This document shows, one piece after another, positions 48,101 to 56,993 of a DNA stretch of 64,000 nt. The position numbers were made by a program, and so were the translations under genes. The stretch is from the IMG/VR virus record IMGVR_UViG_3300035208_007155, positions 1-64,000 of that record; one strand, 5' to 3'. The first letter of the stretch is position 1. Each line of letters opens with the position of its first letter. Under the pieces are notes generated by a model. That model searched no databases. It was given only the letters and a program-made list of their open reading frames with translations, and was not told where the DNA came from. This stretch comes from a virus (lineage: Duplodnaviria; Caudoviricetes).

Positions 48101-48876
48101 AAAAATCACTCAGCTACGTTGTTGAGGTTGCCGAACGTGAAAAATATCATGCGTTACAAAACTCGCCAAAATTCAAAAGTATGTCCCCCGATCAGGTTGA
48201 GGAGGAAGTTAAGGCATATGGACGACTCAAAGCCAAAATGTTTATGGATCAATTAGATCAAATACATACTCTTTGCCCAACTATCGATATAGTAGCACAA
48301 AAAATGGGAGATAGATGGAGGGTATTAAACAGAGCCTCAAGACAAATTTTGGCAAATATGCAATATACAATTGAGAAAAATTTCTTTGATGGACAAGGAA
48401 ATCTCAAACCAATGGCAGAAAAGGGTTTTAAAGCATATTTGAAAACCTTATCTGAAGTTTCAAATTATGCACTAACAGGTAATACTCCATCCTATAATCC
48501 AAAGTATACCGAAATAACTGATGCCATCGATGAAATCACAGAAGAAATTGAAAAAGCTCAAAAGGCAAAGAATGTCTCAGAAGATCAAAAAGTGCCATTT
48601 AGATTGGGCTTGCGTAGATTTACTGCCCTTTTCTATAGTGTTCTTAGACAACATACCACGACTATTGCCGATTCCAGAAAAGACACCATAGAAACAGATT
48701 TAAAATCTCTTGCTGATGATAGGGTTTTATCTGTGGATAAAGGCTGGTTAGGCACTGCCGAAAAGGTATTGGAAACTAAAAATCATTATGACCAGCCTAT
48801 TCCTGCTGATTTATTTGCAAAATACGCAGCAAACATACAGAGGGCTGTAAGTATTGCTAAACAACGAGTTGCTTAG
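45115..48876 (+). CDS. Large (about 1250 aa) hypothetical protein, candidate internal head protein
   Basis: CATAAATAG just upstream; MKFSQW / KFHKFCQF...LTE N-terminus. Confidence 0.75.
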   Translation: MDNKMKFSQWANLSPHKNLKFHKFCQFKELDEDTLTEMARLRITQGIERPEFRKVPYLLDGFVIFCLSQLPQSLWSEALTYLHDWGIYKVQQEMKNAGIQPLMRGETSYLGITGGTPEEKAKYDEVRTYLLRKKPYDFITLSGHTFLVVSPNNYHPIAYMYMKIDNSANDEVLQHQESLSKTDRMEYEKAGHGLHSGFLNSFDPPENKDGTYIHHVWTGYRGLNQGSASKWLSRYYDNLHWYHMASNQDIDDPNKVQKRRDQYEAIKKDPLLLHPRIKQSGATPRRESALPILSGGMLQKDVGKLNAYRNAVVNNSMSQKMREKWQIVTSPEGRTNIEIGIAAGHNHVFNTFEIPLQKAAQIKQLLQNPELTTLATNAGSYSTSEYIAEKVGIEGKKVGNFTYTPKQIIDAIAADTKKFDACVYPYWDSAGKLHSNSTEGQHPYVQTKIKVAPEKFIPKESYMQQHTHQLLATVAEEMIDSYKKAIDGNENEASETRVNRQKFLMLFRNADIKPEASENGEYSQDFPAAIRNYAQQLRNAEPRIMWPKEYVTQELTNAGYNLYAYKAKNKELKTEAQEEPQEQEPQDIQQPKRIQNKLKKDPSEKRKNKDWTPLIDGMETALLAKSFKYWLQYLRGRKQGEFNMSVPAPMAELPNSLSQVTELLQEFIDFNNKKSNHIIQNTKTANEFDYSLNFIHDKGEEYVSSGWDTQRGDPLTIYGDDEDYADLLKVCDETWVILKAMAAVKGFLIGSLRDQKLQEEGQNSQSKLTSMLHPDNRNILIALDDEVASEALSEFKHTKIGIKPVFNYLRLRRKLIKEGGKIDQATGDLENVRRKNPLVQHFEKAQTEFLTVLHDNVQNYVKRLWQLDLGYGSRRTVGRGPKTQQGGEMFDIGGGKKVSGKSSEQEQLESRYGAAVAFLMEPKKDRSLPERGKEIEGQIFSTSLRRQKAESDEHIRKVQNGLLQIEKATGVRVDRKTPGFIDEVMRLVQAMHTSRQKSLSYVVEVAEREKYHALQNSPKFKSMSPDQVEEEVKAYGRLKAKMFMDQLDQIHTLCPTIDIVAQKMGDRWRVLNRASRQILANMQYTIEKNFFDGQGNLKPMAEKGFKAYLKTLSEVSNYALTGNTPSYNPKYTEITDAIDEITEEIEKAQKAKNVSEDQKVPFRLGLRRFTALFYSVLRQHTTTIADSRKDTIETDLKSLADDRVLSVDKGWLGTAEKVLETKNHYDQPIPADLFAKYAANIQRAVSIAKQRVA

Positions 48877-50252
48877 TCGGAATAACTGCCATCGTCGTCT
48901 TCATATGAAAGAGAGGAAGTTGCCGCCTCTGGCTCCCACAGATCAGCATCCTCTGGCTTTGGTGGCGAAAAGCCCCTGGATGGTTTGTTGTTACCCTGCT
49001 CGCTCAGATATAGTGCAGCAGCATTTTCATTATCAAAATGTCTAACAAAATCAGTCCAGGGTCGGCCTTTGACTTCTTTACCAATTAAATTGCTAATTTT
49101 GGTAACAACTTCTTTGTTGTTAGTGTAATCTGTGTGTCCAAACCACCCTTTGTTAAAGGTTAAAAACAAATTGGTAAGACCTTCTACTTCATCTGTGAAT
49201 TTATTTCCAGCTTGGTCTTGCCACTGCTTTAATAAAGCTTCCTGAGCATTTGGAAACTTCTTATAAATACCAGATGGCTTTTTAGCCCATGAAAACCATG
49301 TCCAAGGATCAAATGGTTGCAGGTCTTCCCACCGCAGGTGATCCATCATATCTTCTAAAATATCCTTATGTTTTTCAGTGGGGTTTTCAATAATGGGCAA
49401 TACTGCTTTTTTCTTTTTTGTAACTTCGGGCTTATTTTTTACTGAAGGCCAATCCTCAGGCGGAATTACTGGTTCGTCTTTATCTGTAGGTGCGACTTCT
49501 TTATCTGTAGGTGCGACTTCTTTATCTGTAGGTGCGACTTCCCTATCTGTAGGTGCGACTTCTTTATGCTTGTCTGTTGGCATTAAATCACTACCAAAAC
49601 GATTGAACAGAGGCACTTGTTTGTGAGTTGCCCATTTTGTGGAAGCTTCTAAATCACCTGCTGTAAAGCCTAAATCATGGGCTTGTTTCAAGAAGCTTAA
49701 AACTAATTTAGCCACTTCTTCTTTAGCCTTAGTAAATGCACTAACCACTTCTTGGGTGGCCTCTTCTATTACAAAATAATAATCAGCAAGATTGTTTGCT
49801 GATTCTTTCAAATCAAGATATTCTTTTAGTGTCAAACGAGGTAGTGGCCCCTCATTTGCATATTTCCAAGCCGGGTCTTCAGGATTGGTTCCCCTCCACA
49901 CTCTAGAAGCCAGTCCTTTTAACCCCTGATATGTCCACGTATCACGCCAACGTGGCACCTTCCTGCCCATAGCGGCTGTAGCGGCTGTGGGAGACTCTGT
50001 GGGAGATTCTGTAGAAGGAGTTGTTGTATGAGGCTCTGGTGTTGCCGAAGCAGCAGGCGGCGTTGTAGACACTGGTGCAGCAGTAGGTGTTGAAGCAGCA
50101 GGAATTGGAGCAGCAGATACTGGTGGTGTCTCTGGCTCCAATTCCCCTAAGCGTTTATACAACCTGTCAAAAATATCATCTAATTTTGTTTTATAGTCTT
50201 GTTGCAGGGTGTCAAAACTCTTCTGCAACTCGGCTTTTGTAGGCTGTGGCAT
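48873..50252 (-). CDS. Hypothetical protein with Pro/Ala/Thr linker and EVAPTDK repeats
   Basis: Long ORF; late motif upstream. Confidence 0.75.
   Translation of the reverse strand: MPQPTKAELQKSFDTLQQDYKTKLDDIFDRLYKRLGELEPETPPVSAAPIPAASTPTAAPVSTTPPAASATPEPHTTTPSTESPTESPTAATAAMGRKVPRWRDTWTYQGLKGLASRVWRGTNPEDPAWKYANEGPLPRLTLKEYLDLKESANNLADYYFVIEEATQEVVSAFTKAKEEVAKLVLSFLKQAHDLGFTAGDLEASTKWATHKQVPLFNRFGSDLMPTDKHKEVAPTDREVAPTDKEVAPTDKEVAPTDKDEPVIPPEDWPSVKNKPEVTKKKKAVLPIIENPTEKHKDILEDMMDHLRWEDLQPFDPWTWFSWAKKPSGIYKKFPNAQEALLKQWQDQAGNKFTDEVEGLTNLFLTFNKGWFGHTDYTNNKEVVTKISNLIGKEVKGRPWTDFVRHFDNENAAALYLSEQGNNKPSRGFSPPKPEDADLWEPEAATSSLSYEDDDGSYSD
49478..49566. repeat. 21-bp tandem repeat, 4 copies
   Basis: Unit CTTTATCTGTAGGTGCGACTT. 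Confidence 0.9.
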
Positions 50253-50287
50253 AATATCTCCGTTTTATTTTATATATGTTGGAGATT

Positions 50288-50548
50288 CTACTCTTCTCTC
50301 GGCAAAAAATTGTGTATTTTCTTCAAAGACATCAAACAGGCATCAAAACGATGAAAATCACTGTTTAAATACGCCATTTGATCGTCTTCAAAGTTTCTCT
50401 CATCCTCAAGAGGCACCTGAAACACAAATGTAGATTTATCCCTTTTGCCGATTACTTTGTAACCAAGCATCAAAAGATAGGCCCCTGCTCCCAGGTCTTC
50501 GATTTCTTTTCGTACAGTTTCTTCAATCGATACTTCTTTTCGTTCCAT
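50288..50548 (-). CDS. Small hypothetical protein (DUF5659-like)
   Basis: DLGAGAYLLMLGY......FVF. Confidence 0.6.
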   Translation of the reverse strand: MERKEVSIEETVRKEIEDLGAGAYLLMLGYKVIGKRDKSTFVFQVPLEDERNFEDDQMAYLNSDFHRFDACLMSLKKIHNFLPREE

Positions 50549-51183
50549 TATTCTTCCTTTTTATTAAGTGTTTCATCTACTAATTTTTGATGTTGTTCCA
50601 AATATTCTTTTATTGGGCTTTGGTGTCTGTCTGCCCATCCGAATATCTCATTAATTAGTTTTGTGTGCTGAGCCAAATAATATGTTATTGGCTCTTTCGC
50701 TTTCGATTCTTCCTGCTTCTCTTTTTCATAAAGATCAGCATGTGCATATAGTTTGAAATATGCAGAGCTTTTCAACACCATTTCATCATGATCGTTTTTA
50801 ACAAGATACAGTATCGTATGATTAGCAACGAATGTTGGCATTACTATACGATCATTATCTTCTGTTTCTTTTATGGCGACACTTCTGCCGCTCGCAAGAG
50901 TAGCATATTCGACCTCAACCTTCGGCTCAGTAACAGTGGTTTCACTCATGACTTCACTATAAACTGGATATTCCTTACCAACTGTAAATCCTTCCGTTTG
51001 TTTATCAGTTGTCATGAATGGGGGATCAAAAGTTTCATATTTAATAGGTTTTTGTTCTGTTGCCATAAGCACTGGGACGAAGACTCGTGTTGTTTGCTTA
51101 AGCCATTCATCAAAGCACTCTCGTCGTTCTAGGGTTTTATCCCACGCAAAAATGGGATTTTGTTCTTGTCTTGGATTATCCAT
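50548..51183 (-). CDS. Hypothetical protein, paralog of the upstream gene
   Basis: Shares MD.PRQ, FDPPF and FTVGKEYP.Y.E with 51176..51727. Confidence 0.7.
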   Translation of the reverse strand: MDNPRQEQNPIFAWDKTLERRECFDEWLKQTTRVFVPVLMATEQKPIKYETFDPPFMTTDKQTEGFTVGKEYPVYSEVMSETTVTEPKVEVEYATLASGRSVAIKETEDNDRIVMPTFVANHTILYLVKNDHDEMVLKSSAYFKLYAHADLYEKEKQEESKAKEPITYYLAQHTKLINEIFGWADRHQSPIKEYLEQHQKLVDETLNKKEE

Positions 51184-51727
51184 TTGTGTGATCCCTTCTT
51201 AGTAATTCTCGTACTCGGCGTTGCAATATGGACGAAAGTCCTTTTAGCTCACCTAATTCTTTATCTAGTTCCTTTAATTGCTTGGTTAAATTTAGCGTTT
51301 CAGGTAAACCAGACAAAACTCTCCAAACTGGCAACATTGCCATATACTCTTCAAATGGCATATGATTTGTGAGTTTTTTGTATTCTTCACGCAAATTAAA
51401 TGTCGCAACTGGCAAATCTTTTTCCATCATGTGTTCGTATCGATTCCATATATTTCCTTTTAAATAGAAATATATTGAGTCAATGCAAACCATCTCGCCA
51501 TCATCATTAATGGTGCGGTATTGAATACCTTTAAAAGCACGATTTTTTGTTGTGCCCATGTAATATAAACTAGAAATAAGTTTTTCTTCATAAATGGGAT
51601 ATTCTTTACCAACCGTGAACATTGCTGTTTCTAACGCTTCTTGTTCCGTGATTGCAAAAGGCGGATCAAAAACCTCATGTTTCAGGGGTTTTTCTGATTC
51701 TGTCTTATCTTGTCTCGGATCATCCAT
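51176..51727 (-). CDS. Hypothetical protein, paralog of the downstream gene
   Basis: Start placed at MDDPRQ after an AAAGG RBS. Confidence 0.7.
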   Translation of the reverse strand: MDDPRQDKTESEKPLKHEVFDPPFAITEQEALETAMFTVGKEYPIYEEKLISSLYYMGTTKNRAFKGIQYRTINDDGEMVCIDSIYFYLKGNIWNRYEHMMEKDLPVATFNLREEYKKLTNHMPFEEYMAMLPVWRVLSGLPETLNLTKQLKELDKELGELKGLSSILQRRVRELLRRDHTNG

Positions 51728-51740
51728 TGTATACCTTTCA

Positions 51741-52760
51741 TTAAGATTTATCTGCCGCTTCGGCTGCCAGCAAGCATCCTCTGGCCACACTGTACAACGG
51801 GTCTTTTGGCTTAATGACGTTTCCAACATCCATTGGTAAATGAGATTTTTCTAAGATTTCTTTAAACAAATTCTCAAAACCTGTGGGCATTGCAGTTCCG
51901 CCAGAAATCACTATGTCTATAGGAGTATCACTTCTGGCTTTGTTGCCAACATCTTCTAAACCTTTTTTGATGCCATTAATTGTTTTTTGTACCATAATCT
52001 CATACTGGGACTTGATAGCCCGTTGTACCAGAGAATCCGAAGGTTGGCTTAAATCCAACTTCAACTTCTCCTTATTAATATACGTAGGAGATTCGCCTGT
52101 AGCCTTAGCTGCTTGTTTATCAATCCAATCACCGGCATTAACAACGCTAAAAGAAAAAATTGGATTCCCAAACATAGCATAGCAAATATTACACATTCCT
52201 GCACCGAATGAAATTCCCATGCCAGTCCACTGCTTTTGTGCTAATTCAGCATAAATTAGTGCCAAGCCTTCATTTATTGGGAATGATTTCACTTTGTAAC
52301 CAGATTCATCTTGGAACGCTTTAAAAATGGCTTCAACAACTTTGGAGTGATAATCAGCATCTGTGTCTTCATTTAAAGCATTTGCCGGAACAGAATAATA
52401 TAAAGTTTCATTTTGTCGAGATACATTACCCAGCAAACTATGCACCATAATATTCATAATTTGTTGAGCATGTTTTTCTTTGGGATTTAGACAACCATCT
52501 TTCATTGGTCGTTTAAGCTCAATCTGATTCATTGTATAAGCCATTTGAATTGCAGATTCACCTAAAGCATAAGCAATGCCAGCATCTTTTCTTTCGACAA
52601 GAGGCACGCCCGCATCCTTCATCATATTAAACACAAATCGATTTTCATTTACGGGCATTTCTAAGAAAGCATTGACTTCTTTCTTGTAAACAAAATTGCC
52701 TTCTTTATCTCTTTGGCAAATAACCAAGTTATATGTGCCGATATCTGCTCCAATTGCCAT
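51741..52760 (-). CDS. Actin-like ATPase (MamK/MreB/ParM superfamily)
   Basis: GADIGT; RPMKDG; INEGLA; ISFGAG; AGDWID; ISGGT; DPLYSVARG. Confidence 0.85.
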   Translation of the reverse strand: MAIGADIGTYNLVICQRDKEGNFVYKKEVNAFLEMPVNENRFVFNMMKDAGVPLVERKDAGIAYALGESAIQMAYTMNQIELKRPMKDGCLNPKEKHAQQIMNIMVHSLLGNVSRQNETLYYSVPANALNEDTDADYHSKVVEAIFKAFQDESGYKVKSFPINEGLALIYAELAQKQWTGMGISFGAGMCNICYAMFGNPIFSFSVVNAGDWIDKQAAKATGESPTYINKEKLKLDLSQPSDSLVQRAIKSQYEIMVQKTINGIKKGLEDVGNKARSDTPIDIVISGGTAMPTGFENLFKEILEKSHLPMDVGNVIKPKDPLYSVARGCLLAAEAADKS

Positions 52761-52970
52761 TTATTTCTCTTCCTTTCCAAATTTAAGTTTTTGCCCTGTT
52801 GTGAAATCAGGAATAGCCCAATCTATAGATTCATCAATCTTGTCATCAGAGGCTTTGACAGTAACACCATGTTCATTCACATTAATGTCCAATTGGATAT
52901 TAATTTGAATTTTGCATTCTCCATCCTTGGTTATGACTTTAGCCTCTTGTTTTACAAGTTTCTGTACCAT
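52761..52970 (-). CDS. Small hypothetical protein coupled to the actin-like gene
   Basis: Its stop codon abuts the ATG of the actin-like gene. Confidence 0.65.
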   Translation of the reverse strand: MVQKLVKQEAKVITKDGECKIQINIQLDINVNEHGVTVKASDDKIDESIDWAIPDFTTGQKLKFGKEEK

Positions 52971-53000
52971 TGGACCTCTTTGTAATATAGTGTGTTATTG

Positions 53001-53990
53001 CTAAAAAATGACATGATTAGGCGGCCATCTTTTAAACATACGATCTATACCATCTACAATCATATTGACTGTAATTTCCGTTAAACAGGGCTTAAACATA
53101 ATGTTTGATTTGGGGCAAATAGGATAATTATAACATGGCCCACAATCCCAATTGCCGTTATCTCTGTGTTTTTGAACTAATTCATGTTTGTAATATTTGC
53201 CATACACCTTACCATCAGCAAAGGTGAATATTCCAAGCATTGGTTTTTGCAAGCCTCCCGACAAATGAAAGTGACTTGTATCTACCGAAATGACGTAATC
53301 CACAGCATTGACCAGCCCAAATAATTTATGGACATTGCCATTGGTTTCAGTAATGGTGGGAACATCCATTTTTTGAAGCTGAGGAATGGTAGTTATGTGG
53401 CTTGCTATAACACAACAATTTCTAGACCTTAGGGCGGTAACCACCCCTTCCATTTGTTGATCTGTTAAATTTTTCATTTGCATGGCAGAAACAGGACACA
53501 ATAAAACAACAGGTCCGGTTTTTCTAAAATCTCGAACTAAATCCTGTCCATATTTCAAGCCTACTGGATCAATATTGATATGCATGTTATGTTCTGTGAG
53601 TTCTACACCGCAGTGATTAGCCCAAATATCACTCCTGTGCAGCCCCGATAGGGGGGCCATGCTCATTTCATAACGAACACAAGCAGAAGTTGTATTGTAT
53701 GAAACATTAAACTGAGATATATCTACCTTATTATTATCAACTAATTCATCAATATATGGATGATCTTTCAATGCATCAAAATAACGAGGCGGCACGGCAA
53801 GTGTAATTTTTATGTTTGGGTCTATTTTTTTGAAGTCTTCAAACATCATCCGATGCATAAGAATGTCCCCTAATCCCCCCGCTGCTCGCAAAATTAGTAT
53901 TTTGTCTTTGCGGTCATAGAAATCCCGCAAAGAAAGGGAGGCATTGGAGACAAATTTCTTGTTGCTTTTAAATAATACTTTTTTTACCAT
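53001..53990 (-). CDS. Glycosyltransferase family 9 (heptosyltransferase-like)
   Basis: RAAGGLGDILM; HPYID; ISVDTSHFHLSG. Confidence 0.85.
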   Translation of the reverse strand: MVKKVLFKSNKKFVSNASLSLRDFYDRKDKILILRAAGGLGDILMHRMMFEDFKKIDPNIKITLAVPPRYFDALKDHPYIDELVDNNKVDISQFNVSYNTTSACVRYEMSMAPLSGLHRSDIWANHCGVELTEHNMHINIDPVGLKYGQDLVRDFRKTGPVVLLCPVSAMQMKNLTDQQMEGVVTALRSRNCCVIASHITTIPQLQKMDVPTITETNGNVHKLFGLVNAVDYVISVDTSHFHLSGGLQKPMLGIFTFADGKVYGKYYKHELVQKHRDNGNWDCGPCYNYPICPKSNIMFKPCLTEITVNMIVDGIDRMFKRWPPNHVIF

Positions 53991-54000
53991 AACTTAATAG

Positions 54001-54035
54001 AAAAAGGTCGTTTGATTTCTCAAACGACCTTTTTT
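54001..54035 (-). terminator. Intrinsic terminator
   Basis: AAAAAGGTCGTTTGA-TTTC-TCAAACGACCTTTTT. Confidence 0.85.
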
Positions 54036-54056
54036 ATTTATTTATAGAACAACTAA

Positions 54057-54650
54057 TTAGCTGTTGCAAGGCGATTGAATTGAGCACAAAACCTCAACCG
54101 TAATCGATGCAGCACCCGATGCAGTGTTGTCACACTCAACTTTCCAAACTTTCAAATCACCAGCATTGAAAATTTGGCTTGTGGCTGGCTCCAATGTGAA
54201 GATTGCAGTGGCTACGCCATTGAGCTTCACACTAACAGCGGTGGCACCTGGATTGCTAATTTGCACAAAGGTGGCATATCCACCAGCCCCGGTTGCTGTT
54301 AGAAGGTTTAATGAGTTAGCGGCATATGTAGAACCACCAGCACATACAATCGATCCAACATATGGGAATGTGTTTTCATCAGCAACGTCAGAAAATACGC
54401 TACCATCGTCAGTTGTGCATGTTAAAATAGCGTCTTCAAGGGATACTTGAGGATAGCAAAATCTCTTGTAGTAGTTGCAATCTTGGAATGTGTCACCATC
54501 CTTCAATTTGCGATTAATTTTGCCCGGACCCATAATATACACAGTACGCTGCTTGCTGGTAGCGACTTGTGTTCCAGCATGGGTAGCATCAAATTGCTTG
54601 TCCAAAAGACCTTGTGCTGAATTGTTCAAATTTACTGTAAAAAGACTCAT
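54057..54650 (-). CDS. Putative virion (decoration-like) protein
   Basis: Monocistronic, with late motif CATATATAA, AGGAG RBS and a strong terminator; beta-rich. Confidence 0.65.
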   Translation of the reverse strand: MSLFTVNLNNSAQGLLDKQFDATHAGTQVATSKQRTVYIMGPGKINRKLKDGDTFQDCNYYKRFCYPQVSLEDAILTCTTDDGSVFSDVADENTFPYVGSIVCAGGSTYAANSLNLLTATGAGGYATFVQISNPGATAVSVKLNGVATAIFTLEPATSQIFNAGDLKVWKVECDNTASGAASITVEVLCSIQSPCNS

Positions 54651-54712
54651 GAGAATTATCTCCTAAAAAAAATATTGTAATGCAGTTTCAAAGTTATATA
54701 TGCTTGACATCA

Positions 54713-55312
54713 TTAAAATATTTCACCACTTGGAAATAACCTCTTGTAGAGTTCCGTCCCCAACCCAGTTGGCACAAGGGTGGTTTTGACGCCTTGTATA
54801 GCTGCCACAAACAATTGTTCATTTTCCGTTCCTACAACCCAATCCGCTTCAGATACATTCTCGGACACAGAGAATCCTTTGCTGATTACCCATTTTATTA
54901 ATTTGTCTACATCAGGCATGGATTTTGTGGGCAAATTGGCTTTAGTGCAGATTGCACATATTTTTTTTGTAATGTTTTTTGTTTGTGGTGGCTCCAAAAA
55001 CTTTAGCGTTAGTTTTGATTCTTGTATCCATTGCCATACTGGATGTGTTTCCAAATCACATCGCAGTTCCCTTAAATAAGCCACTTCTTTTTTTCTGTCC
55101 CCTATTTCCGATGCAAAAATTATCTTGGTATTATCAGGAATAAAACATCGGCAATCATCACTGCAAGAAATATAAAGTTCTAAGCCGGGCAATTCCTTTT
55201 CGATTGCTGAGCGTAAATATAAGAGTTGCAAAACATATTCCCTACAGGGTCCATAATATGCTACACAATACCTGTTTTTGATTTTGCTATAAGAAGGAAA
55301 TGCAAGTGCCAT
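54713..55312 (-). CDS. Hypothetical protein, possibly a degenerate GT-B fold
   Basis: ADWVVGTEN..LFVAA..GVKT resembles the GT9 C-terminal motif. Confidence 0.5.
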   Translation of the reverse strand: MALAFPSYSKIKNRYCVAYYGPCREYVLQLLYLRSAIEKELPGLELYISCSDDCRCFIPDNTKIIFASEIGDRKKEVAYLRELRCDLETHPVWQWIQESKLTLKFLEPPQTKNITKKICAICTKANLPTKSMPDVDKLIKWVISKGFSVSENVSEADWVVGTENEQLFVAAIQGVKTTLVPTGLGTELYKRLFPSGEIF

Positions 55313-55499
55313 GACAAATAATGATTGTTTAGAAATTAAAGATACTATAAACGCTTTTACAGCACAATTTGGCAAACTAGATACTCATACAATGCTGGCA
55401 TTGGAAGTATTGTTTAATTTAATCTATTTGAGTAATAAGAAAGAAAATAATGGGAAAAATATACCTTTATCTGGGCAAGCGAGACAAAAAAGGAATTAA
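55311..55499 (+). CDS. Small hypothetical protein
   Basis: Fills the gap; overlaps the next gene by 50 bp. Confidence 0.35.
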   Translation: MTNNDCLEIKDTINAFTAQFGKLDTHTMLALEVLFNLIYLSNKKENNGKNIPLSGQARQKRN

Positions 55500-55893
55500 A
55501 GTATTGACAGTTTTTCCTGGCAAAGAATTAAGCCGAGCAAAAGTTGATAATATTAAATCCTTACATCTACCACCAGACATAGAGCTTGCATTGCAAAAAA
55601 CCATTCAAGAACATCGATTTTTATGGGAAATATGGATTGAAGAAGCTGCTGATTTTAATGATTTGAAAACCAAGTTAGAAAAAAGAGGATACAGAAATAT
55701 ACCCATTCATGCAGAGCAATTAAATCCATTGAAGCAATTCTATAACACTACAAAAACAGCCCCTCAGCCTGATATTTCTGCACTTAGAAGTAAAAGCAGA
55801 ACAATGCTCGAAAGAAATAGTAAAAAGAATTTAACGTCTTCGAATGCAAACTTTGGGAATAGAAAAAGAACCACTGGTGGTTTCAATCACTAA
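55450..55893 (+). CDS. Hypothetical protein
   Basis: ORF. Confidence 0.65.
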   Translation: MGKIYLYLGKRDKKGIKVLTVFPGKELSRAKVDNIKSLHLPPDIELALQKTIQEHRFLWEIWIEEAADFNDLKTKLEKRGYRNIPIHAEQLNPLKQFYNTTKTAPQPDISALRSKSRTMLERNSKKNLTSSNANFGNRKRTTGGFNH

Positions 55894-56118
55894 GTGTTTG
55901 CCATCAATATCAATAATTTTGCCACCTGTCTTGACAAAATCTTTTACCAATTCTTCTAAATTGCCTTCTCGGACACACATCTTGGGGGCTAATTTACTTT
56001 TTGGAATACCTGAATCAACAGTTGCCCCAATGACATATGATGAGGGAAGATTAGTAGCAAATCCTGTTTGTTGTTTCATCCAGCGTTTAAAATCATCAAG
56101 AGAAAATATGTTATCCAT
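55831..56118 (-). CDS. Hypothetical protein (N-terminus FSLDDFKRWM)
   Basis: Coupled to the upstream gene; CATATATAAA upstream. Confidence 0.65.
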   Translation of the reverse strand: MDNIFSLDDFKRWMKQQTGFATNLPSSYVIGATVDSGIPKSKLAPKMCVREGNLEELVKDFVKTGGKIIDIDGKHLVIETTSGSFSIPKVCIRRR

Positions 56119-56974
56119 CCTTAAAAAACTCCACTAATTGTTCTGGTTTTATATATGTGGAATGGTTCAAATTTTTTCCACTAGAACAATTTACCACTTC
56201 AATGCCTGCTTTTTGCAACCAAAACAAGTTTCCATCTATAACGTTTTGAGAGACAATTTGCTGCGGATAAGTCCATAGTCCGTTTTCCAATTGTTGGCTT
56301 GCAGGTCTGGGTTTTTCAAATGAGTCATCACAACAAAACAGGGCCAGTTTACGCACGCCCATGCGATACGCCAATCCAATAGCCGCACAGATAGGATTGC
56401 GATAATCATCTATTGAGAAATCAGCCGTATTAGATATTCCTGAATATCGCACATCGTTGACTGGATAATATAAAGTTGTGCTACCTTTATATTTTTCTAT
56501 AAATTCTGTATTAGTTCTGCTGGAGGCAATACACAATGGATAGTAGGCATGTTTTGATGGCAAAAATCTTCCGCACTCAGGATATGGGTTATTGACAACA
56601 TACCAAGTAATTGCTCTTTGTAATTCAATGGGACAACTTTTGCCCACAAGTTGCCAATTTGCTAATGCTCCATTAGTGGCAAAAATAGCCACGTCCTTAA
56701 AAGGTAGCTGAGCTAAAACCTTTTGCTTTTCGGCAAAGTCATACCCATCAGATATTATCACTGCTTTGGTAACTGTAGATGTGATCTCTATGGGCTGTAA
56801 TTTCTTTTTTAGATTCTTAAATTCATTATTTAAGAATGTGTTATAAGAGGATGTAGACAAACCATAATTTAAGTCCAAAGGATTAGATTCTATAGCAAAA
56901 TTACGCACCCAAATATTATCTTCTGTAAGATAGTATTCATTTGTGTGGGTCTTCTTAATTCTTCGTGGAGGCAT
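56111..56974 (-). CDS. Maf/MptE-like Rossmann protein (possible glycan-related transferase)
   Basis: AVIISDG; IFATNGAL; AAIGLAYRMGVRKLALFCCD; VVNCS. Confidence 0.55.
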   Translation of the reverse strand: MPPRRIKKTHTNEYYLTEDNIWVRNFAIESNPLDLNYGLSTSSYNTFLNNEFKNLKKKLQPIEITSTVTKAVIISDGYDFAEKQKVLAQLPFKDVAIFATNGALANWQLVGKSCPIELQRAITWYVVNNPYPECGRFLPSKHAYYPLCIASSRTNTEFIEKYKGSTTLYYPVNDVRYSGISNTADFSIDDYRNPICAAIGLAYRMGVRKLALFCCDDSFEKPRPASQQLENGLWTYPQQIVSQNVIDGNLFWLQKAGIEVVNCSSGKNLNHSTYIKPEQLVEFFKDG

Positions 56975-56993
56975 GTAATAGATTAGTAAAAAA

